From NCBI GenBank assembly GCA_002633005.1, contig NMRA01000767.1, positions 94,899-158,898 on the forward strand: a DNA stretch of 64,000 bases. Reading direction: 5' to 3'. A program made the translations under genes and the position numbers. Of this stretch, positions 1-9,588 are shown one piece after another (positions within the stretch are counted from its first letter, which is position 1; every line of letters starts with the position of its first letter). This DNA is from Phoronis australis. Lineage: Eukaryota; Animalia; Phoronida. The notes under the pieces were generated by a model. That model made no database searches. It saw nothing but the letters and a program-made list of their open reading frames with translations, and had not been told where the DNA came from.

Positions 1-147
1 AAGTTAGCTTGGAGTCCAATGCACTCCTTAATGTGTACATTGACAAACTAATCTCTAAATGTAACTCGAAACACACGAGTGTCATCAATTCTGTTATCTT
101 AAGTATGATCATGAGATGATTTTGACCATCTATCTGTCATTGATCAG

Positions 148-250
148 TCATTGATCTCCATTACCTATCAGTCATTGACCTCCATTATCTATCAGTCATT
201 GATCTCCATTATCTATCAGTCATTGATCTCCATTTTTTATCAGTCATTGA
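148..250. repeat. 24-bp tandem repeat (tcattgatctccattatctatcag)
   Basis: About 4 copies visible; explains the repetitive ORF 151..405. Confidence 0.8.
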
Positions 251-587
251 TTTACATTATAATACAGATAGATGTAAACTGTAATCTGATTAGTCATGCC
301 TCCTTGACACTGTCATTGAGCAAATTTCATCATTTGTCAACTATCGTTTGTTCCTTTTTCATTTGCGCAATACTAGAGCTTACCTGTAATACAGATATAT
401 ATTAAGGTCATAAAGCTATTCATTCCATTCTCATCCACTCTTTATGGGCATGTGGCAACGTAAATGTCAATGACAAGACCCAAAGTAGTTGTGTGCGCTT
501 GTATGTACCTGTCATCTTTACCTTGCCTCCGCTGTCTTGTATAAATTTACAATCTTGTACATAGAAACTTATGTGATTAGTGTCAGC

Positions 588-775
588 CCATGTGACCAGT
601 GTTACCCATGTGACTAGTGTTACCCATGTGACCAGTGTTACCCATGTGACCAGTGTTACCCATTTGACTAGTGTTACCCATGTGACCAGTGTTACCCATT
701 TGACTAGTGTTACCCATGTAACCAGTGTTATCCATGTGACCAATGTTACCCATTTGACTAGTGTTACCCATGTGA
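588..775. repeat. 18-bp minisatellite (ccatgtgaccagtgttac)
   Basis: About 10 near-perfect copies; source of spurious ORFs 420..743, 580..789 and 583..894. Confidence 0.92.
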
Positions 776-1434
776 CTTGTTCTACCTAATTTACAAAGCC
801 AAGTCAAAAGCCTAATGTGCTTGTTTGGCATATCTGGTTGCACAAGGTTAAACTCTGGTTGAGTAGAAGCTGACGGACCTGTTATTATTGTCAATGCTAT
901 GGCTTACAAAGCATTTTTGACTGATTGTAATTTTAGACTACTGACCAACCTCGGCTTCTCCTTACTTGAGCTAGTCATCAATATGTACATTCTACAACCT
1001 GTTATTATACCACGTAGATATTGATACGACTGTAATTACCGTGTGACGTGAATGTACAGTAGGGTTATTGGCCAGTCACATAACACAGCATCTGAATGTA
1101 CAGTAGGGTTATTGGCCAGTCACATAACACAGTATCCTCTGCTAATTACATTCTTCTGTAACAACTGTTGTAGTTCAACAAATACAGGTTGTCCCAAAAG
1201 TGCACTCACATTTCAGTACAATGCTAGGAGTGGGTCATACTTTGTACCCGTGCCTGCTGTGTCGTTGCACCTTGCTGTACCCGTGCCCACAGTATTGTTA
1301 CACCTTGTACCTGTAAGTGTGTGAGTGGTCATGTACTCTGCATCCAAGAGCATAGCAAAACAAGCTAGAACAAAGATCTATCGCGCAATGCTGGTGAAAA
1401 CTCGAAAACGTCGAGGAAGTACCAAGACAAACTG

Positions 1435-1542
1435 GTAGTAGTCGGATATAACGTGCCTGCGTTTTTAGAACCAGTTTTCTTCTGGGAATGACAAGCATCA
1501 AACTGGTTCTCAAAATACGGGTACGTTATATCTGACTGTTAC
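1435..1542. mobile_element. Short fold-back (hairpin) MITE-like element, copy 1
   Basis: gtcggatataacgtgcc..agaaccagttt is inverted relative to aaactggttct..gggtacgttatatctgac; a second copy lies at ~21482. Confidence 0.65.
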
Positions 1543-1728
1543 TGACTATCTCTCCGAGTCAACCAACAATGCATTTGTTTGGGTTCAAAGGTTTAATTCC
1601 GTTTTGTTACTTTTAATCTTATTGCTAAGCCTACAAGCAACATAGTTAGTGTCACTTGAAGTGCGAGTATCTTTTGAGACAGCCTGTATTTAATGCATGT
1701 GATTACAACTGAGGATTGATTGTTTCAG

Positions 1729-1954
1729 ACTCTGCCAACTTGTTCTTCGTCTGTCTCTTCTCACTGGAGATGATCATCAAAATGTACAGTCTTGGCTTCC
1801 AGACCTACTTTGTGTCACTCTTCAACAGATTTGACTGTTTTGTTGTCATCTGTAGTATACTAGAGGCTGTACTTATCTATACTGACGTGATGCACCCCTT
1901 GGGAATCAGTGTGTTAAGGTGTGCAAGGTTACTGAGGATATTCAAGGCTACCAG
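1729..1954 (+). CDS. Cav1: Cav1 exon: IIS2-IIS4
   Basis: tttcag|AC..ACCAG|gtgagt; [35 protein letters not shown]. Confidence 0.95.
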
Positions 1955-2348
1955 GTGAGTCTGTTATGATGTAGTAAAAATACTGCAGGCTGTACTCGTC
2001 TACACTGACGTGGTGCTCCCCCTAGGGGATTATACACACTGGCGGCGTGATGCTCTCCCCCTATGGGATTAGTGTAACACAGTAAAAGCCATCAAAACTC
2101 TTCTATTTGTATCAGGTGTGTATTACATTACCTGTGTTTATGCTCCAATCATGCCACCTGTCCACTCTACAGGTACTGGACCAGCCTCAGTAACTCGGTT
2201 GCATCCTTGTTAAACTTTTTGTGCTCCATCGCCAGTTTCTCGCTATTTTTCTTCCTACAGGTACTGGACCAGCCTCAGTAACTCGGTTGCGTCCTTGTTA
2301 AACGGTCTGTGCTCCATCGCCAGTTTCTCGCTATTTTTCTTCCTACAG

Positions 2349-2491
2349 GTACTGGACCAGCCTCAGTAACTTGGTAGCGTCCCTGTTAAACAGCATGCGC
2401 TCCATCGCTAGTCTTTTGTTGCTTCTGTTCCTCTTCATCATGATCTTCGCCCTTCTTGGCATGCAGCTGTTTGGAGGCAGGTTCAACTTTG
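2349..2491 (+). other. Truncated duplicate of the IIS5 exon start (probable assembly/haplotype duplication ending at single N 2492)
   Basis: Matches 2881-3023 at offset 532; 1960-2491 is repeated after the N. Confidence 0.75.
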
Positions 2492-2704
2492 NTCTGTTAT
2501 GATGTAGTAAAAATACTGCAGGCTGTACTCGTCTACACTGACGTGATGCTCCCCCTAGGGGATTATACACACTGGCGGCGTGATGCTCCCCCCTATGGGA
2601 TTAGTGTAACACAGTAAAAGCCATCAAAGCTCTTCTATTTGTATCAGGTGTGTATTACATTACCTGTGTTTATGCTCCAATCATGCCACCTGTCCACTCT
2701 ACAG

Positions 2705-2880
2705 GTACTGGACCAGCCTCAGTAACTCGGTTGCATCCTTGTTAAACTTTTTGTGCTCCATCGCCAGTTTCTCTCTATTTTTCTTCCAACAGGTACTGGA
2801 CCAGCCTCAGTAACTCGGTAGCGTCCTTGTTAAACGGTCTGTGCTCCATCGCCAGTTTCTCGCTATTTTTCTTCCTACAG
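2705..2880 (+). repeat. 88-bp tandem copies of the IIS5 exon acceptor and 5' end (also at 2173-2348)
   Basis: Units gtactggaccagcctcagtaac...cttcctacag start at 2705, 2793 and 2881. Confidence 0.9.
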
Positions 2881-3085
2881 GTACTGGACCAGCCTCAGTA
2901 ACTTGGTAGCGTCCCTGTTAAACAGCATGCGCTCCATCGCTAGTCTTTTGTTGCTTCTGTTCCTCTTCATCATGATCTTCGCCCTTCTTGGCATGCAGCT
3001 GTTTGGAGGCAGGTTCAACTTTGAGAGTGCCAAACCGCGACACAACTTTGACACGTTCTTCCAGTCTCTGTTGACAGTGTTTCAG
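2881..3085 (+). CDS. Cav1: Cav1 exon: IIS4-S5 linker, IIS5, P-loop start
   Basis: cctacag|GTACTGG..TTTCAG|gtgggt; [35 protein letters not shown]. Confidence 0.95.
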
Positions 3086-3799
3086 GTGGGTAGCGTCTTT
3101 TCATCTGTGTTAATCCTGTTTGCCATTAGTGCGGCATGCTGAAAACAGGATGAAGACACGTGTTGCCATGTCAATGAGTTTTCGTGTCTGTGACAACAAT
3201 ACATGTTGTACGTGGATGACCCTGTGAGAAATGTATACTACTACAATATATAGTTGTCATATTTTTGGGAAAACACTAACTAAGGTAAAGAGATCAGTTG
3301 CCTCCCCTGTCTGTTGATAAGGGTCAAGTTTGCGATCTGGAAATGTTTGAATGTCCCAATTTCTTAATGCTTATTGGAATCATAGCAAGGTTCTGCTGTA
3401 AACACGTGAATTCTTACCTATTGGTTTGTATTTTAAAAAGAACATCAAATATTCTTCATTTTACACAGACGATCATACCAAGTACACCTAAGGCTTGTTT
3501 GCAAAGTGCATAAACCGTAACCTGTGCTGTTTGTTGCATTAAGACCGATTCAGTATTTAAATAAAGCAAATTTTTCCAATTATCTGTAACGCGTAAAGAG
3601 AAAATGCATATGTACCTCATTTTTTAAAAATTAGCGATTGAATATCCACAGCAGCATAAGAGAAAGGGTACTTTGTTTTTATGTCAACGACAGGGTTACC
3701 AACCGAAAGTGGCAAGAAACATGCAACACAGATCGCAGATTGTGCATTTATGCAAACAAACCTTAGGTGTACTTGGTTGGAGATGTTCTGTCGAATGTT

Positions 3800-4336
3800 C
3801 AGGGCTTGGAATTTTCCGCGGAAACGTGGATTTCCGCTTTTTTGAAATGTGCTTTCCGCTTTTTTTATAATATTTCCGCGTAAAAAAATCGGATTTGATA
3901 TGAAATTTCCGCGGCAAATTCCTTTCTTACCGCGGCGTTGCAGACGACGTTCACCTCGGAAAGCGGAAGTTGCTCTTTATGTTTCGGAGGAACGTAAATT
4001 GTCAACATTGCCAGGGCATCTGGGTAAAGCGTGGTGTGATTTTCAATGGCGGCTCGTGTTATTGTTAAGCGCGGCGACAAATACTACCGCTCTGCAGCCA
4101 AAATTGTGTGGGTTGGGAGTGGACGGGCGAGCTAAAAGGACGCAGACGCATGCTACTGATGGTGGTAACGTTTTTTTTTTGTTTTTTTTTTTAAATTTTT
4201 TTAATATTTTTTTTTTTATTCCACCCGATTTTTGTCGCGGAAAGGTTCACATTGACCATTTCAAAGGCTGGTTATCGGGCATGATTTGGGCCGTAAAAGT
4301 TTCCGCGTTATTTGTCATTGGTCATTCCAAGCCCTG
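3800..4336. mobile_element. Non-autonomous DNA transposon (hAT-like CAGGG termini)
   Basis: Perfect 13-bp TIR cagggcttggaat / attccaagccctg, GC-richer interior with repeated ttccgc/gcggaa motifs; no clean TSD seen. Confidence 0.65.
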
Positions 4337-5913
4337 GATGATGTTAGAATGAGAATGGGAGAAGAGTTAGACTAGAAGTACCACTGGGAATTATGATGAA
4401 ATATTGTCAGTTGCTGGTTCCAAAGTACACCAATTAACTGAACATTGTGTATCCTCCATCAAAAGCAAAAAGGATTATAGTGATTGGTGTCAGTCTGCCG
4501 TCCATGTGTCGCATCAGTGCTGAGAATAATATGCTTGGGTGCATAACTCCTACATTTCAAAAAGAATTTAACCAAATTGTCAAAAAGTTTGCTAACTAAA
4601 CGTCGTGTTGCTGCATATCAACAACATTTTGCTATTCAATCATATTTCATGAATTTCATTTATATGTCTTCTTTGCCCAACGCAGTACTACATTTCTTAG
4701 GATTTCGACTAAACTTTCAAAAAAGTATGCTTATGGACTGCCGTAGAACTTATCTTTGTCATTTTACGAATTAACTGGCTTTTCCTGACCTTGACCCATT
4801 CTTGATTTTCACTCGTCATTCAAGTAGCTAAATACTACACTTGTTTCTCTGGGATTTCGTCCAAACTTAAAAAATAAGCTTGAAGTGCTGCTGACAGTGT
4901 TTATCATCACCATTTTGTAATTCAGACATGTTTTTCTGACTTTTAGACTGTTTTTGATTTTTGCACATCCTTGAGAGGGAAGTGTACTTCTGTGCACAAT
5001 TCGTGCATCATTTCAACCAAGTATGTGTATGATATGCTATAGCACATATTGTTGACATTTTGTGATGTCACTGATTTTCCTAAACTTTGACTTGTTTTTG
5101 GTATTCATGCTGGCAACTGCTCTGTTGTGCACAACTCATACACAGTCGTTGACAGGAACTGTTGCTCTCTGAGACTGGCTTGTTTAGACTGGAATTTCAG
5201 TGAAATGCAGTGTTTTTGTTACTTCTGGGGGGCTGACTATAGTAAATGTCAGAAAAGATGGGGTACAGAGAACTTGATTCACAATCTAAGGCAGTTAGGG
5301 ACTGCTGTAGAACATTTACTGAAAATAATGATTTAAGGTATGTCGGACCTTATCAACGAGACTGTGTGTGTAGTCACAATGCACAAAACTTGTCTATAGA
5401 TCTCAAGTATGTAAATTTTAAAGAGTATTTGTTGAAAGTAGACAGCCTGAAGAATTGTATTTTTGACTTAATACCAACTCGGGGTGACTGTGATATTGTT
5501 ATTAATAAATGAAATTTAGCAGAAGGTACATTCGTGTCGCAACAATGGTATAAATAACATGATCAAATTTCCTGCGATTTAAATGCTCAAGATGATTACT
5601 CAAAAGCGTTGTTGCAGTTTCTGAATTACCATTTCAATTGAGTGTTATGCAAACTTTGTATTTTTCCGCAAAAACCATAAAAGTCCTTTTTTTGTAAGCC
5701 CCTCACGCAATAGTGGAACATTTTAAAAGCAATTCCTAGCAGTGTTTCCGAGAACATTGCACAAAGCATAGTATTTGAAAGTTTCATATGAATCCAGTGG
5801 GCCATTTCTAAGACATAATGTTCCAAAAATTGGGAAATTTGGGGACTTTTTTCTAAGGTCCTGCATAACCTTAACAACTGCTCTTTGTAACCTCTGCGCC
5901 GTTTGTATTTCAG

Positions 5914-6037
5914 ATCCTGACAGGTGAAGACTGGAATGTTGTGATGTACGATGGCATCAATTCATTTGGTGGTGTACACAGCTCTGGTGGTATCTGGGTC
6001 TGTTTCTACTTTGTCATCCTCTTCATCGTTGGTAACT
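5914..6037 (+). CDS. Cav1: Cav1 exon: domain II pore (TGEDWN) to IIS6
   Basis: tttcag|ATCCTGACAGGTGAAGACTGG..GGTAACT|gtatcctt. Confidence 0.95.
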
Positions 6038-6694
6038 GTATCCTTACTCTGCTGATCAGCTGTGTAGTATCAGTGGCGGATTTGGGAGGGGGGGCAAGGG
6101 GTCCATGCCCCCCTGAAATTCTCCAAGATACCATTGGGCAGTTCGGGGTGGGAATTGGTGACTAGCATATGCATACACCCAGGGGGGCTAGGGAATGAAT
6201 GCGCAATGCATAGGCCTTGAACAAACCCGTTTTTTTTATTTTTTTAGCAATAAGGTCCACAAACACAAGAATTTGAGACCCCTGCATACCCACATTTTAG
6301 GCTAGGCGAATTCTGGTTTTTGCTGTGCCCTGGCCCCTGCCCCTAACTCAAAATCCTGGATTCGCCCCCGGTCACTCTGGTTTATGTTGTCTAGCTTAAC
6401 TGAACAGTTTCCTAATACTTGGATTATACTGGTACAGTAGATCACCAATAGAGGGCAGGCTACTTGTTATTAGCACCACTAGGTGTCACCAGTGAACCAA
6501 CAGACTGTCTCAAAATACATGCCTTTACTATATTCCACAAAGGCCCCTGTGCAGCTATGATATATTCAGATATTATAAAGTTGGTCCTTTCTCAGCTTGA
6601 ACTAAGTGGTTACTATTGAGTTAAGTGTGATATGTGACTATGTTGATCATCAAAGTCCTTGTGAATGAGCTGACCAATCCTTGACTGTGTTAAG
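6038..6694 (+). other. U12-type (minor spliceosome) GT-AG intron
   Basis: 5' site GTATCCTT; branch site TCCTTGAC at 6678-6685, 9 nt before the intron end; no polypyrimidine tract; splicing restores [17 protein letters not shown]. Confidence 0.9.
6071..6370. mobile_element. MITE with imperfect TIRs inside the U12 intron
   Basis: cagtggcggatttggga..G-runs at the left end, C-runs..tcctggattcgcccccg at the right end. Confidence 0.55.
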
Positions 6695-6861
6695 ACATCC
6701 TGCTTAATGTGTTCTTGGCCATCGCCGTGGACAACCTGGCTGATGCGGAGAGTTTGACTGAAATTGAGAAGGAGGAAGAGGAACAGAAGGAGCTGCAGAA
6801 GTCACTGAGGTCACGGACGACATCACCACAGGATGACAATTATAATGACGAGAAACTTAAG
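6695..6861 (+). CDS. Cav1: Cav1 exon: end of IIS6, start of II-III loop
   Basis: (Y)[37 protein letters not shown]|gttagt. Confidence 0.95.
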
Positions 6862-7222
6862 GTTAGTATCTGATGGCAGTCATTCACTGAGGTCATGCAC
6901 GACTTCACCGCAGGATGACAATTATAATGATGAGAAGCTTAAGGTTAGTATCTGATGACAGTCATTCACTGAGGTCATGCACGACGTCACTGCAGGATGA
7001 CAATTATAATGACGAGAAACTTAAGGTTAGTATCTGATGACAGTCATTCACTGAGGTCATGCACGACTTCACCGCAGGATGACAATTATAATGATGAGAA
7101 GTTTAAGGTTAGTATCTGATGACTGTCATACATTGAGGTCATGCACGACGTCACTGCAGGATGACAATTATAATGATGAGAAGTTTAAGGTTAGTATCTA
7201 ATGACGGTGTCATACACTGAGA
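6802..7222 (+). repeat. 82-bp tandem repeat spanning the exon 3' end and donor (5 copies)
   Basis: aag|gttagtatc recurs with exon-side ends at 6861, 6943, 7025, 7107 and 7189. Confidence 0.92.
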
Positions 7223-8544
7223 TTACACAAGACCTCACCATTTTTTGTGGTTCAGTTCCATTTTTAGCCTCAATGCTCAGTTTTCATAGTTTACTTCAAG
7301 AAATGACAAGTAAGTTTGATTAATTATCCATGTACCTGTCAAAAACCAGACTTTTTATTCTCTTTTCTTAACATAGTACAAAATTACATCTTTTAAAACT
7401 TAACTTCAGCATACCAAAAATAAAACCTGTTTTAGGCTTTAACTATAATCAATAAATAACACGTATCTTTCTTACTTAATATTGAACTATGTAGCTTGTG
7501 TGACAGTTAATGTAGTTTTTGAAAGTGATGTATGAAACGAGTTATCAACAAACATGGATTTATTTGGCAGGTTTAAAATACAGTGCTCAATACTGTCTGG
7601 CATCAAAGATAAAACTATTACAGCAACTGATTATAAATACCAGTAACTTCAAAGTCAAATTCATATTTTGGAGATTTTACACCATATAGATGGACAGTGT
7701 TAACTAACTTTAACACTTAACAGTGGCTGATAAACAAAGTCTAGTATGTTTTTATGCAAAAGTCAACCTGTTAACCTGGTGTTTTGCATGGCATACTCTT
7801 TAACCAGATGCTTACACTCGCTTGCAACAGATGTCGCCGGTATGCATAATAATTTCTAAACAAGTGGAGTTGAACTGAGGGGATGTTGATTTTCCATCAC
7901 TGCAGAGGATCTTTGTCAAGTGAAATTGCATTGACTGATGATTTGTAGTTGATGAACACTTTATATGTTTGTCACAGAGTGTACAGATTGTTAAGTTTTT
8001 GTTTTGTCTGTTCAGAAGTTTATAGTAGTCGCATACTGAGCTATACTCAGCCTGGGAGATGTCATATCTGTCACACACCATATTCTTGAAGTTTCACTTG
8101 TTCGTCTGTTCTTTGATAAATTGCAACTAAATATTAGTATAAACTTTGTATAAAATATGCACAATTTATACATTACATGGTAGTTATTTGTAATAATTAT
8201 ATCAAACATTGGCACTGACAACTTCTTATATTTTCTCTGTTGGCAAAACATAATTTCAAATGGAAAACAAAGATTTGTGGTCCAGATTCAAACTGACATC
8301 TTTGCACCGTGGCTCACAGTTATTCAGAGTTTCTATATCAGCCTGGTTATGTCATACACTAATGACAGTGGTCACTGTTAGACTGTCCATACAGTGGTCA
8401 CTGTTAGACTGCCAAAAGGGTCACTGTTAGACTGGCCATATTGTGTCAACAAATCAAGTGTTCTCTGCACTTTGATTTAATAAAATAGTTCATATAACTC
8501 TCACCTTCATAACAAATGTTGTTCCTAATGCTCACCTGTTGCAG

Positions 8545-8651
8545 GTGTCTGATGATGAGGGACAGTATGACGAGCAGGAGTGTGAAGACAAGAAACAAGC
8601 ATTTGACAACAGAACACCTCGTCTGACCAGGAGGCCCCTCACAATGCAAAG
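8545..8651 (+). CDS. Cav1: Cav1 exon: II-III loop
   Basis: ttgcag|GTGTCTGATGATGAG..CAAAG|gtgagt; VSDDEGQYDEQECEDKK..; phase 0->2 fits its neighbours. Confidence 0.8.
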
Positions 8652-8814
8652 GTGAGTCATAGTGTGGACTGGCACCACGCACAACACAATCAAGTTTGCT
8701 CTCGTTATTTCTATTCCATGTGATCATCAGTAATGCTTTTATAGAATATGAAAACTTGAATGTGAAAGCGATGATATATCACAAGTCTCATAGCTTGAGT
8801 CATAGACAGCTATA

Positions 8815-8971
8815 ACGTTGTCACATTGTCATATGCAATCGCAAACATTTATAAGTCCGGTCCGCACGCCACCTGTTGGCCATGTCTCATAAATCTGAAA
8901 AGACTTCTGCCCTGACTGGTACTCGAACCCGGGGCATTCTGATAACTCTAGTCCACTGAACCATCGCGACC
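8815..8971 (-). mobile_element. tRNA-derived SINE
   Basis: The minus strand reads ggtcgcgatggttcagtggac..ccgggttcgagtaccagtc (Pol III A- and B-box-like), with no full cloverleaf; 3' boundary approximate. Confidence 0.6.
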
Positions 8972-9035
8972 ACTTGTCGAACACAGAAATCCAGTCAGTT
9001 GACATCCTGCCCATAAACGTTTGGATGTATATGCA

Positions 9036-9588
9036 TATTCATGTACATTTTTTTTGTCACAAAGTTTTATTGTTCTCGTAATGCAAATACAATAATGCCA
9101 AACAGTATAAACATTCGCGCGCACAGTCACGCTCACATTCATACACAGGGGGGCCATTGGTTGTATGTAGTATAAATTAAAATAAAGGTGCTAGAGGGGC
9201 CCATCGTTCCTCGAAGTCGAGATACCTGCACTGGTTATAGTACATAACCTTTTCTACTTTGTAGTAATCAAAAACAAAATGTTTAAAAAGTGCAAAACAT
9301 AGTTCTACATTCTGAAGTCTTTGCTTGTGTATGTGGTACTTGCCTAAACATAAAAGTAGATTTATGATTTTTGGTCCATTAAAGGAGCCAAAAATTACGT
9401 CAAAATGATCAAGTTTCATATCAATTCCGCAGAGGTTTTTTATCCAGTTTTCAACAGTTTTCCAAAAACTTTGGACACATAAACAAGACCAATACAAATG
9501 AAAAAGGTCTTCAGAATGAGAATTACAAAAAGTACAACTATCTGAATTTCTAACACCAATCTTACTCAAAAACTTATTCATGTACATT
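9036..9588 (-). mobile_element. 5'-truncated non-LTR retrotransposon (L1/Tx1-like ORF2 C-terminus) with TSD
   Basis: ORF 9177..9587 has a zf-RVT-like CTFC..HLYWSC..VQSFW motif; AATAAA and an A-tail on the minus strand (~9048-9070); 14-bp direct repeat tattcatgtacatt at 9036-9049 and 9575-9588. Confidence 0.85.

Noticed and set aside
420-894. Repetitive ORFs (VTWVTL / HVTSVT / GNTGHM)
   Set aside because: They are translations of an 18-bp minisatellite
1960-3023. Apparent tandem duplication including the IIS5 exon start
   Set aside because: The copies abut a single N (2492), are near-identical and the first is truncated at the N; this is typical of overlapping contigs or haplotypes joined in scaffolding
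3849-4352. 167-aa ORF as a transposase
   Set aside because: Lies in a non-autonomous TIR element, includes poly-T-derived Phe runs and shows no recognisable catalytic motif
8905-8975. tRNA gene
   Set aside because: It has A/B-box-like motifs but no complete cloverleaf; better explained as a SINE head
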